In this document: in pieces, positions 1 through 8,626 of the stretch
Numbering within the stretch: position 1 is the first letter of the stretch
How the letters are laid out: each line of letters opens with the position of its first letter
Assembly (NCBI GenBank): GCA_964521575.1
Contig: CAZFSR010000001.1
Coordinates: forward strand, 368,470-432,469
Length of the DNA: 64,000 nucleotides
Source: an uncultured Synergistaceae bacterium
Lineage (GTDB): Bacteria; Synergistota; Synergistia; Synergistales; 79-D21
Reading direction: 5' to 3'
Notes under the pieces: generated by a model
Told to the model about the DNA's origin: nothing
Database searches by the model: none
What the model saw: only the letters and a program-made list of their open reading frames with translations
Translations under genes and position numbers: made by a program

Positions 1-80
1 GGCCCGTACCGGCAGCGGAGAGCGGGGCTCCTTCGGAGGAGTCCTCCAGAAGCCGTGAAAGAAGGAAAGCCCCGGTCGGT

Positions 81-1001
81 TCAGCCTTCCACGCGGTTTC
101 GCCCGCGGGACTTCGCTTTGTAAAGGGCCTTGTCGGTCCTCGCGATGAAATCTTCCAGGGTTTCGTCCGCCAGGAACTCGGTGACCCCGAAGCTGGCGCG
201 GATGCCTTCCTCGAGACCCGGGATAGCGAGCTTCTCCGTGTTTTCGCGAAGTCGTTCGGCGATGGCGCGTGACGGGACGAGCGGGGTTCCGGGCAGGAGG
301 ACGAGGAATTCCTCTCCGCCATAACGGCAGACCGTGTCCTCGAACCGGCAGGAGTTGAAGAGCATTTGGGCAAAGGCGACGAGGACCTCGTCTCCCATGG
401 CGTGGCCGAAACGGTCGTTGAACTGCTTGAAATGGTCGATGTCGGCCATGATGAGGGACATGGGGATGCCCTGCCTCCGGCTGAAGGCGAGGGCCTTCTC
501 GGCGACGCTTACGAACTGCCGGCGGTTCGCGATCCCCGTCAGGGGGTCGGTGTTCATGAGCCGGGTGATGGTGGCGTTGGCTTCCTCCAGCTCGTGGTTC
601 TTTCGCGCCAGTTCCCCGGCCAGGCGGGCCGTCTCCAGGTTCAAGAGGGACATCCTGGCGACGAGGCTTTCCTCCTGGGGGGCACCGATGGGCGCAAAAA
701 GAAGGGTCCGTTCGGGCCCGCCGCCGAGATAGGCGTCCAGGGAAACGGTCGTTCCGTCGGAAGCCGAGAGGAGAACGGCCGTTTTTTCGGGTGCCGCGGG
801 TCCGGTCCTGATCCTTTCGAGAAGGGCGTCCTGTCCCGGGAGCAGGAAGAGGGACAGGGGCCGGCCGACAGGGGATTCCCCAAGCTTCAGGAGGTCGGGG
901 AAGGCTTTGTTGCACTCGATGATGGTGCCCTCGGCGGAGAGCGCCAGGCCGACAATGAAGTCGCACTCGGACAGGGATGAAGGCAGGAATTCGCTTTTCA
1001 T
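81..1001 (-). CDS. Diguanylate cyclase (N-terminal PAS-like sensor + GGDEF domain)
   Basis: 306 aa ORF. Active-site RYGGEEF with an RFED (RxxD) I-site exactly 5 residues upstream. DIDHFKQFND stretch typical of GGDEF domains. The start overlaps the stop of ORF 998..1402 by 4 nt. Confidence 0.9.
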   Translation of the reverse strand: MKSEFLPSSLSECDFIVGLALSAEGTIIECNKAFPDLLKLGESPVGRPLSLFLLPGQDALLERIRTGPAAPEKTAVLLSASDGTTVSLDAYLGGGPERTLLFAPIGAPQEESLVARMSLLNLETARLAGELARKNHELEEANATITRLMNTDPLTGIANRRQFVSVAEKALAFSRRQGIPMSLIMADIDHFKQFNDRFGHAMGDEVLVAFAQMLFNSCRFEDTVCRYGGEEFLVLLPGTPLVPSRAIAERLRENTEKLAIPGLEEGIRASFGVTEFLADETLEDFIARTDKALYKAKSRGRNRVEG

Positions 1002-1402
1002 TTGAATCTCACGTCCAGTTCGTACTGGAAGTCTGGGCGGATCGCGCTTTTCCTGAGCCAGGCGATCAGGGTGGAGGATTCGCCCGGCCGGATCGGCATG
1101 AGGGTCAGGACTGAATGGTCGAGGACGACCCCGTTGATCTCCCGGGAAGAGACGACGATCTTGCCGTCGAAGGTCCTGGCGGAACCGTTCTTCAGGAGAA
1201 CGTAAACCTGGGTTTTCCCGTCGGAGCGGGTTTCCTTCGTTTCGGAAAGCGTCACGGTCACTTTCTTCAGTTCTTCAAGGAACGCGGGTGAGGTTTTCCT
1301 GTCGAAATCGCGCCGCTGCAGGTAAAACCATCCTCCGACGATCGTCGCCAGAAGCAGGAGGATGACGACCGAACAGTCTCCGCGGTGGCGTTTCAGAGGC
1401 AA
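998..1402 (-). CDS. Hypothetical membrane-anchored protein
   Basis: 134 aa with one N-terminal hydrophobic helix (VVILLLLATIVGGWFYL). Translationally coupled to the downstream GGDEF gene. No recognisable domain. Confidence 0.5.
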   Translation of the reverse strand: MPLKRHRGDCSVVILLLLATIVGGWFYLQRRDFDRKTSPAFLEELKKVTVTLSETKETRSDGKTQVYVLLKNGSARTFDGKIVVSSREINGVVLDHSVLTLMPIRPGESSTLIAWLRKSAIRPDFQYELDVRFK

Positions 1403-1478
1403 TGCCGGACCCCCCCTTCAACGGTTCATCAATGACAAACCATTATAACACGGGCCATCCCGGTTTTTCGTCCTGTCC

Positions 1479-2648
1479 TTAAAAGCCAAGGAATCTTCGG
1501 GTCGGAGCGTTCGAGGCGAATGGCGGGTTGTCGTCCTCCAGGTCCACGGACCGCTGGAGGAGAGAGAGGGTTTCCACGTGCCGGGTCTGGGGAAAAAAGT
1601 CGTAGGGGGTGATCGAGACGGCCACGTAGCCGTTTGAGGAAAGAGTTTCCAGGTCCCGGGCCAGTGTCCCGGCGCTGCAGGAAAGGTAGGCGATCCGGGC
1701 CGGCCGGCAGGTTTTCGCGAGCCATTCCGTGATTTCCGGTTCCAGGCCGGTCCGGGGCGGGTTCGCGTAAACGAGCCGGGAAGACCTTGGAACCCCCCGG
1801 ATCCATTCCTCTGCCTGCGGGATGCGGAGGGCGCACCGTCCCCTGAGGAGGCTCGCGCCAGGGGCGTTCAGGCGGGCATTGTCCAAGGCTTCCCCGGATA
1901 GCTCGATCCCGAGGGCCCTGGCACCACGGGCCGTCCATCGGGCAAGGGTGGCCCCGCCGCCGCAATAGAGGTCGATCACCGCCGTCTCCGGGCCGGGATC
2001 GAGGAATGTTTCCGCTTCGTCCAACGACCGGGCGTGAAGGGAAGGGACCAGTTGCTGGAATCCCTGCGGGCCGTGCAAAAGGCCGAGAGGGTTCCGGGAC
2101 AGGGGCTTTCCCCACAAAAGCCGCATGGGGCCCGCGCCGAAAAGGTGCCGCCCCGCGCAAGGGAACAGGTGAAGCCACAGTCCCTCTAGGCCGGTCCGGG
2201 CCAGGGCCTCCGTTTTGCCGGCCATCCAGCCGTCCCCGGGGTCGTTTCGCGTTTTCAGGATGAGGGACGCCTGGGCGCCGACCACCGAAACGATGGCTAG
2301 CGGAAAGGCCCCGGAAGGAGGCAGGGATTCCGCGAGCCAGGCCAGGACGGCCCGGACGCGTTTGCTCTGGACCGGGCAGCGTTCCAGCGGGACGAGCGCA
2401 TCCCGGACCTCCATGCCGAACCGCCATCCGGCCTGGGAATCCCACCGGGCCTTGAGGACCGCCTTGTCGCGGTAACCCCACCTTTCGGCACCCCTCAGGG
2501 CCTCGATACGGCGAAGCGCGCCCGCCCACGGGGCGAGCCTCTCGGCCAGCCAGGATTCCTTCTGGGCGAGGCTGGCGGCTTCGTCCAGGTGACGATGGCT
2601 GCACCCGCGGCATTCAGCCGGGCATCCTTGAGCGGTAAACTCCCCCAT
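1479..2648 (-). CDS. SAM-dependent RNA (uracil-5)-methyltransferase, TrmA/RlmD(RumA) family
   Basis: 389 aa. N-terminal Cys cluster CPAECRGCSHRH, SAM-binding IDLYCGGG, and family motifs VYANPPRTG and YLSCSAGTLARD. Confidence 0.8.
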   Translation of the reverse strand: MGEFTAQGCPAECRGCSHRHLDEAASLAQKESWLAERLAPWAGALRRIEALRGAERWGYRDKAVLKARWDSQAGWRFGMEVRDALVPLERCPVQSKRVRAVLAWLAESLPPSGAFPLAIVSVVGAQASLILKTRNDPGDGWMAGKTEALARTGLEGLWLHLFPCAGRHLFGAGPMRLLWGKPLSRNPLGLLHGPQGFQQLVPSLHARSLDEAETFLDPGPETAVIDLYCGGGATLARWTARGARALGIELSGEALDNARLNAPGASLLRGRCALRIPQAEEWIRGVPRSSRLVYANPPRTGLEPEITEWLAKTCRPARIAYLSCSAGTLARDLETLSSNGYVAVSITPYDFFPQTRHVETLSLLQRSVDLEDDNPPFASNAPTRRFLGF

Positions 2649-2760
2649 CGACGGACTCCTCCTTGAAGTAAGGATGATACTGTAACGGACTGTAGTCAGG
2701 CAAGGCCATTCATGCTAAAGTAACAAAATAGTCTGTTCCTCCTTTGCGAGGTGCCGGACC

Positions 2761-5700
2761 GTGGCTTTTTCCTTTCTTCGCGGGTGTTCATGCTTTCGCG
2801 GCGTATCGCCCGCCCTGTTCCATGGAGGGAACCCGGGGGTCCCTTCACGGCGGGCTGTGTTCGCCTGCCTGCGAAACGCCCGCTTCCAGGTTTTTCTCCC
2901 GTTTTCTCTTTTCTTCCTCTTCTCCGTTTTAGTTTTCGAGGCGCCGGCCCATGCCGCCGCGGCGGGTTCCCCGTCCCACGGCCTGAGCCTGCCCCTGGCC
3001 GGGGGACTGGTCTTTGCCGCCGCCTTCGCGGCCTTTCTTGCCGGCAGGCAGACGGCCCCGCGAAAGGAGCAGTCCAGAAGCGGACAGGCGGAGCCGCCCG
3101 CCTCCAGGGAACCGGAGCTTCCGGAAGCAACGGTCCAGGCCCAACGGGTCCAGCCTGGCGAGAACGAAAGCCTCCTTTCCGAAGCCCAGGAATTGGCCAG
3201 GATCGGTTTCTTCCGGGCGGACCTCCAGACCGGCTCGGTCGAGGCGTCGCCTTTCCTTCGGGATCTCTTCGGCTTTGGCCCGGAAGAGCCGCTCTCCTTC
3301 CAGGACTACGAGAGACGGATTCACCCCGAAGACCTTTCCCGCGTCAGGGCGGCGAGGGAACAGGCTTTCGCCGGGAAGGACGACCTGTACGAAATCCGTT
3401 ACCGGGTGTCGCCCGGCTCCCGCGTCGTCAGGCAGGTCTCCGCAAGGATCCATGTCGTCCGCGGCGACGAAGGGAGGCCGATGGGGCTTTTCGGCGTCAT
3501 CCAGGACCTGACCGACCGGCTTGAGGTGGAAAGCCGCCTGCGGATCAGCCAGGAACTGTTCCGCCAATACATGGAGAACGCGCCGAGCGCGGTGATCATG
3601 GCTTCCGCACAGGGACGCATACAGGACGCCAGCCCTTCGGCCGAGCGTCTTTTCCGCCTCTCCAGGGAACAGCTGCTCGGGATGGTCCTCCTGGACCTTT
3701 TCCCGACGGACTATGTTGACGAAGGGCGAAAACGGCTCCGAGAACTGGCTGGGCGCGGACACCTGAGCGTGGAGGCCCCCTTCCGCACCGCCGCCGGGAA
3801 AGTCGGCTGGGGGAGATGGGATGCCGTGAGCCTCTCCCAGGGGGCCTACATGGTTTTCCTGACCGACCTGACCCAGGAGCACGAGACGCAGGAGGCCCTG
3901 CTCCACAGCGAGGAAGCCTTCAAGAGGCTGGCGGAGAACCTTCCCACCCTGATCTTCAGGGTCGACGAGGATTTCCGGATGGTTTACCTCAACCCCAGCA
4001 CAGAGCGGTTTTTCGGACGGACGATGGAGGAGCTGCAGTGCAAGCCCCTGGAGGACTCCGGCCTGCCGGTTGTTTTCATCCGGCAATGGCTGGACCGGCT
4101 GAAGGATGTCTTCCGGACGGCTCAGGGAATGCGTTTCGAGGTCACCCTGGACACGGGGGCGATGGTCCGCCACCTCCAGACCGCCCTCGTCCCCGAGAAG
4201 GCGGACCTGGGGATCGTACGCTCCGTCCTGGCGGTGTCCACGGACATCACCGACATCAAGCGGCAGGAGGCCCGGACCCAGCAGCAGAGGGACTTCCTGG
4301 ACACCCTCATACGGAACGCCGGGGACGGGATCGCCGTGTTCGATTCCACGGGCCGGTTTCTCGTCTTCAACCCGGCGATGGAGGCGATGACGGGCTGGAA
4401 ACTCGAGGAGCTCCAGCCTCCCGCGATCTCCTATTCCTTTTCCCGCGGGGAGGGAGCCGCGGCGGCGATGGCCGGGATCCTGAAAGCCCTCGAAGGGGTG
4501 GATTCGGAGGAAGAGCGCTTCCTGCCGTGCCGGGGGGACGTGGTGAAGACGGTCATGGTCTCGTCCAGCCCCCTGTCGGGCAACCCCGATAAGCTGACCC
4601 TGGTCATCGTCAGGGACATCACGGAGCAAAAGCGGGCGACCGAGGCCCTGGCCAGGGAGCGGGCATACCTTGACATGCTCTTCGAAAACGCCCCGGACGG
4701 AATGGTCGTGACGGACCGATTCGGGCAGATCCTCCGCGTGAACCGCCGTTTTTCGGAGATGTTCGGTTACGAGCGCCAGGAGGCGATGGGGCGGCAGATC
4801 GACACCCTCGTGGCCCAGGGCGGCTACGCGCGGGAGGGGATGACCCTGACGCGCCAGGTGGCTTCCGGAAGGGCGGTCAGCGTCGAGACGGAACGTGTCC
4901 GCAAGGACGGGACGCTTTTCCCCTGCCGGGCCATCGGGATCCCGATCCGTCTCGAGGGAGGGGATGTCCATCTTTACATCCTGTACCACGACCTGACCGA
5001 GATCCGCCAGCGGGAGGCCGAGCTCCGGCTGGCGAACGAGGTCGTCAAGAGCAGCCCGGTCATTCTCTTCAGGTGGGGGAACGAGCAGGGATCCCCGATC
5101 GACTATGTCTCCGAGAACGTCCGCCTGTGGGGATACGAGCCCGGGGAGCTGGTCTCGGGCCGCAAGCCCTACGCGGAACTGATCCACCCCGAGGACCGGG
5201 AGAAAACCCTCCAGGAAGTGCGGGACTTCGTGGAGGAAAGCCGGGACGAGTTCCAGCAGGAATACCGGGTCGTGATGAAGGACGGGGAGACGATCTGGGT
5301 CAACGACCAGACGCGGGTCGTCAGGACGGAGGCAGGGAGCATCGCCTTCTACCAGGGGGTTGTCCTGGACATCACGGAGAAGAAGCGCTTCGAGATCCTC
5401 CTGGAGGAGAACTACCGGACGATGAGGCGGGCCTGGGACGAAACGATCGAGGTGCTTTCCACCACCGTCGAGATGCGCGATCCCTACACGGCCGGCCACC
5501 AGCGGAGGGTGGCCCGGCTTGCGGGGGCCATCGCCAGGAAGCTCGGGGTTCCCGAGCAGTCCCTCTTTGCCGTTGAAAGGGCTTCGCTCCTCCACGACGT
5601 CGGGAAGATCGAGGTGCCGGCGGAGATCCTCAGCAAGCCCGGCAGCCTGTCTCCCATCGAGATGGGGATCGTGAAGCAGCACGTGGAGGCCGGGTGGAAG

Positions 5701-6006
5701 ATCCTGAAGAACATCGCCCTTCCCTGGCCGCTGGCGGAGATCGTCTACCAGCACCACGAACTCCTTGACGGGAGCGGGTATCCCCGAGGGCTGAGGGGCG
5801 AGGAAATCTGCCTCGAGGCACGGATCATCACCGTGGCGGACATCGTGGAGGCCATGGCCTCCCACAGGCCGTTCAGGCCCTCCAGGGGGCTTGATGCGGC
5901 CCTGGAGGAAATCGGGCAGCAAAAAGGGAAGACCCTGGACTGGCAAGTCGTGGATGCCTGCCTCGAGCTTTTCCGAGGGGAAGGCTTCACGCTGGAAAAG
6001 CCCTGA
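2761..6006 (+). CDS. Membrane-anchored multi-PAS HD-GYP c-di-GMP phosphodiesterase/response protein
   Basis: 1081 aa ORF. N-terminal hydrophobic segments, then several PAS-like repeats (recurring ...DITE(Q/K)K... and IHPED motifs). C-terminal HD-GYP domain (LLHDVGKIEVP ... HHELLDGSGYPRGL). The true start within the first ~100 codons is uncertain. Confidence 0.85.
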   Translation: MAFSFLRGCSCFRGVSPALFHGGNPGVPSRRAVFACLRNARFQVFLPFSLFFLFSVLVFEAPAHAAAAGSPSHGLSLPLAGGLVFAAAFAAFLAGRQTAPRKEQSRSGQAEPPASREPELPEATVQAQRVQPGENESLLSEAQELARIGFFRADLQTGSVEASPFLRDLFGFGPEEPLSFQDYERRIHPEDLSRVRAAREQAFAGKDDLYEIRYRVSPGSRVVRQVSARIHVVRGDEGRPMGLFGVIQDLTDRLEVESRLRISQELFRQYMENAPSAVIMASAQGRIQDASPSAERLFRLSREQLLGMVLLDLFPTDYVDEGRKRLRELAGRGHLSVEAPFRTAAGKVGWGRWDAVSLSQGAYMVFLTDLTQEHETQEALLHSEEAFKRLAENLPTLIFRVDEDFRMVYLNPSTERFFGRTMEELQCKPLEDSGLPVVFIRQWLDRLKDVFRTAQGMRFEVTLDTGAMVRHLQTALVPEKADLGIVRSVLAVSTDITDIKRQEARTQQQRDFLDTLIRNAGDGIAVFDSTGRFLVFNPAMEAMTGWKLEELQPPAISYSFSRGEGAAAAMAGILKALEGVDSEEERFLPCRGDVVKTVMVSSSPLSGNPDKLTLVIVRDITEQKRATEALARERAYLDMLFENAPDGMVVTDRFGQILRVNRRFSEMFGYERQEAMGRQIDTLVAQGGYAREGMTLTRQVASGRAVSVETERVRKDGTLFPCRAIGIPIRLEGGDVHLYILYHDLTEIRQREAELRLANEVVKSSPVILFRWGNEQGSPIDYVSENVRLWGYEPGELVSGRKPYAELIHPEDREKTLQEVRDFVEESRDEFQQEYRVVMKDGETIWVNDQTRVVRTEAGSIAFYQGVVLDITEKKRFEILLEENYRTMRRAWDETIEVLSTTVEMRDPYTAGHQRRVARLAGAIARKLGVPEQSLFAVERASLLHDVGKIEVPAEILSKPGSLSPIEMGIVKQHVEAGWKILKNIALPWPLAEIVYQHHELLDGSGYPRGLRGEEICLEARIITVADIVEAMASHRPFRPSRGLDAALEEIGQQKGKTLDWQVVDACLELFRGEGFTLEKP

Positions 6007-6033
6007 GGAAATGACTGGCGAAAGGAAGGGGCC

Positions 6034-7305
6034 ATGGAGACTCTCAGGGAGATGCCAAGGGATGACCGGCTTCAGTACGGCATACTGGCGGGAACCTTCC
6101 TCTCGCTGGCCCTGGCGGGCCTCCTTTTCGACACCCCTTCGGAGATCGTGCTGGGGCTGGGGAGGATCATCACGGATCCGGACTACCTCATCACCGACTA
6201 CATGGGCGTGGGGGGGATGGGGGCCTCTTTTGTCAACAGCGGCCTCGTTTCCCTGCTTTGCATTGGCCTGCTTCTTCTCCTGAGGGTCCCGGCGACGGGC
6301 ATCACGATCGCAGCCGTCTGGACGGTCGCCGGGTTCTCCTTTTTCGGCAAGAACCTCCTTAACATCTGGTTCATCATCGCAGGCGTGTGGCTCTATGCGC
6401 TGTACCGGAAAGAACCGTTCAGCCGGTTCATCTACTCCGCCCTTTTCGGGACGGCCCTGGCTCCCCTCGTCACGCAGATCCTTTTCGGTTTCAGCGGCCC
6501 CCTTATCCTGAAAATTCCCCTCGCGGCGCTCGCAGGCCTTTCCGTGGGCTTTCTCCTTCCCCCGCTGGGGACCGCGATGATGCGCTTCCACCAGGGGTTC
6601 AACCTTTACAACATCGGGTTCGTCTCCGGGCTTGTCGGTTCGGTTTACCTTTCCCTGTTCCGCTCCTACGGGTTTGTCCCGGCCAGCCGGCTCATCTGGA
6701 CGACGGGGCACAACAGGATGCTCGCTCCCCTGTTCCTGGCCTTCTTCGCGGTTCTTTTCCTTTCCGGGCTCACGCTCAACGGGTTCCGCCTGTCCGGCCT
6801 TTCCGCCATCATGCGCTACCCGGGACGGATCGTCACGGACTTCCTGATGCTGGAGGGAACCGGACCGACCCTGATGAACATGGGGCTTGGAGGGGCGGCG
6901 TCGATCCTCTACCTTCTCGCCATCGGGGGCGACATCAACGGGCCGACCCTGGCCGGGGTCTTCACGGTGGTCGGCTTTTCCGCCTTCGGCAAGCATCTGC
7001 GGAACATGGCTCCCATCGTGACGGGCGTCGTGCTGGGAGGCATCACGAAGGTCTGGGGACTGAGCGATCCCCGCATCCAGCTAGCGGCCCTCTTCGGGAC
7101 AACCCTGGCCCCGGTGGCCGGGGAATTCGGCGTCCTCTGGGGAATCGCGGCGGGCTTCGTCCATTCCTCCCTGGTCCTGAACGTGGGGGCCCTGCACGGG
7201 GGGTTCAACCTTTACAACAACGGCTTCTCGGGCGGGGTGGTCGCCGCCGTCCTCGTTCCGGTCATCGAGGCCATCAGGACAGGGAGGGAACACCGTGATT
7301 CATGA
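6034..7305 (+). CDS. Polytopic membrane protein, DUF1576-like, with internal two-fold repeat
   Basis: 423 aa and very hydrophobic. The two halves share FFGKNLLNIW...FGTALAPLV...HQGFNLYNIGF versus AFGKHLRNMA...FGTTLAPVA...HGGFNLYNNGF. The DUF1576 family assignment is from memory. Confidence 0.75.
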   Translation: METLREMPRDDRLQYGILAGTFLSLALAGLLFDTPSEIVLGLGRIITDPDYLITDYMGVGGMGASFVNSGLVSLLCIGLLLLLRVPATGITIAAVWTVAGFSFFGKNLLNIWFIIAGVWLYALYRKEPFSRFIYSALFGTALAPLVTQILFGFSGPLILKIPLAALAGLSVGFLLPPLGTAMMRFHQGFNLYNIGFVSGLVGSVYLSLFRSYGFVPASRLIWTTGHNRMLAPLFLAFFAVLFLSGLTLNGFRLSGLSAIMRYPGRIVTDFLMLEGTGPTLMNMGLGGAASILYLLAIGGDINGPTLAGVFTVVGFSAFGKHLRNMAPIVTGVVLGGITKVWGLSDPRIQLAALFGTTLAPVAGEFGVLWGIAAGFVHSSLVLNVGALHGGFNLYNNGFSGGVVAAVLVPVIEAIRTGREHRDS

Positions 7306-7642
7306 GCATGAGCGGGTCGTCCGCATGGTTTCGGAGCTCCAGAATTTCCTCTTTTCCATGGGAGCCAGCGAGGTCTGCTCGGTCATTCGGGAGACCCGGG
7401 AGGCCTTCCTCGTCTCCATCCGGGGCAACAGCCGCGGGAACATCTGCCCGAAGGTGGACAAGCTCAGGAAACTTCTCCGCATGCCGCGCCGGGCCGACAT
7501 GGAAGAGGAGCTCTGGTCCCTGGCGGGGGCCGTGGACTACGATACGGAACTTTCCCTCGTCGGCATGATGACCGATAGCGCCGAGATCCGGTGCGACGAG
7601 GCGGCCGGACTGGTGGAGATCGAACTTGTAAGAAAAAAGTGA
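7295..7642 (+). CDS. Hypothetical small cytoplasmic protein
   Basis: 115 aa with a GTG start 4 nt after GGGAGGGA. Overlaps the end of the DUF1576-like gene by 11 nt. No recognisable motif. Confidence 0.45.
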   Translation: MIHEHERVVRMVSELQNFLFSMGASEVCSVIRETREAFLVSIRGNSRGNICPKVDKLRKLLRMPRRADMEEELWSLAGAVDYDTELSLVGMMTDSAEIRCDEAAGLVEIELVRKK

Positions 7643-7714
7643 ATCGGGGGATTTTGTTTATAATCGGTTTAGTTATTGGAAATATCCGCTTTTTTAGTGT
7701 TGTGAAGAGGGGGC

Positions 7715-7743
7715 TTGACAATGATCCTGAACCCCTTTATCAT
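7715..7743 (+). promoter_or_regulatory. Sigma70-like promoter of the ilv-leu leader
   Basis: TTGACA (7715-7720), 17-nt spacer, TATCAT (7738-7743). Lies about 70 nt upstream of the leader ORF in an AT-rich patch. Confidence 0.5.
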
Positions 7744-7813
7744 ACCCCCCAATAAAGATTAACCGGACGGCGAAAGCCAAAAACCGGCATCCTGAAAAAG
7801 GAGGGGAATTCCG

Positions 7814-7906
7814 TGAAGCCGAGCAACCGAGTCAGCAAGCAGCTCGTCCTGGTACTGGCGCTGATTATTGGACACGGGTTCCCTCCTGGGGCAGCCGGTG
7901 CCTAAG
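7814..7906 (+). CDS. ilv-leu leader peptide (30 aa) MKPSNRVSKQLVLVLALIIGHGFPPGAAGA
   Basis: GTG start 9 nt after AAGGAGG (7798-7804). Nine consecutive branched-chain/Ala codons LVLVLALII. Stop TAA at 7904-7906, followed 21 nt later by a terminator. Not in the ORF track because it is under 60 aa. Confidence 0.7.
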
Positions 7907-7927
7907 CGCCGCGCGAGCTGAAACCCA

Positions 7928-7968
7928 GGCCGGGACCCGCGAAAACCAGCGGGTCCCGGCCTTTTTTT
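7928..7968 (+). terminator. Intrinsic terminator (attenuator) upstream of ilvN
   Basis: GGCCGGGACCCGC (7928-7940), loop GAAAACCA, GCGGGTCCCGGCC (7949-7961), then T7 (7962-7968). Confidence 0.8.
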
Positions 7969-8047
7969 ATACGCGAAAGCACTTCAGGCCATCGAATTCA
8001 AGAATATTTCCAGAGACAGAGAGAGAACGTTTCAGGGAGGTGTCGAT

Positions 8048-8605
8048 ATGATGAGAAGGACATTGAGCGTCATCTCGGAGGACAACCCGGGCGTGCTGAC
8101 CCGGCTGGCGGGGCTGATCTACCGGCGCGGGTACAACGTGGAAAGCCTGAGCGTGGGACGTACCGACATTCCCGGCTTTTCACGCTTCACGGTGGTCGTG
8201 AACGGGGACGACGGCGTGATCGACCAGGTCGCCAAGCAGCTGGACAAGCTGATCGAGGTCGTGTCCGTCCGGCGGCTTTCTCCCGGGCGTTCTGTGGAAC
8301 GGTGGCTCCTGCTGATGAAGGTCAAGGCTCCCGTCCACATGAGGCCGCAGGTTCTGCAGGCGGCCGAAATCTTCCGCTGCCGGGTCGTCGACGTGGGCGC
8401 GGAGGCGGTCGTCCTCGAACTGACGGGCGACAAGGGGAAGGTCGAAGCCTGCGTGGAGGCCCTCCGCCCTTACGGGATCCTGGAGATGACCTCCAGCGGC
8501 TCCGTGGCGATGGAGCGCGCCGGTTTCGCGGAGGCGCAGGGCGAGCCGGGAGAAAAGGCGTATTCTTCCGCGGACAGTTTTTCATCCGTGGCATTCACAT
8601 TCTGA
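8048..8605 (+). CDS. ilvN: Acetolactate synthase small (regulatory) subunit
   Basis: 185 aa. ACT-domain N-terminus RRTLSVISEDNPGVLTRLAGLIYRRGYNVESLSVG, typical of IlvN/IlvH. Confidence 0.9.
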   Translation: MMRRTLSVISEDNPGVLTRLAGLIYRRGYNVESLSVGRTDIPGFSRFTVVVNGDDGVIDQVAKQLDKLIEVVSVRRLSPGRSVERWLLLMKVKAPVHMRPQVLQAAEIFRCRVVDVGAEAVVLELTGDKGKVEACVEALRPYGILEMTSSGSVAMERAGFAEAQGEPGEKAYSSADSFSSVAFTF

Positions 8606-8626
8606 TTCGAGGGGAGAGGTTGGGAA

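Noticed and set aside
1429-2613. 394-aa ORF in an alternate frame of the RNA methyltransferase gene
   Set aside because: P/R/G-rich nonsense composition. The overlapping frame at 1479..2648 carries the SAM-methyltransferase motifs.
2929-6996. 1355-aa ORF on the minus strand, the longest in the track
   Set aside because: It is entirely antisense to the PAS/HD-GYP gene and the DUF1576-like gene, which carry clear motifs. Its translation is low-complexity R/P/G/E/D-rich with no motif. This is a typical stop-poor antisense frame in GC-rich DNA.
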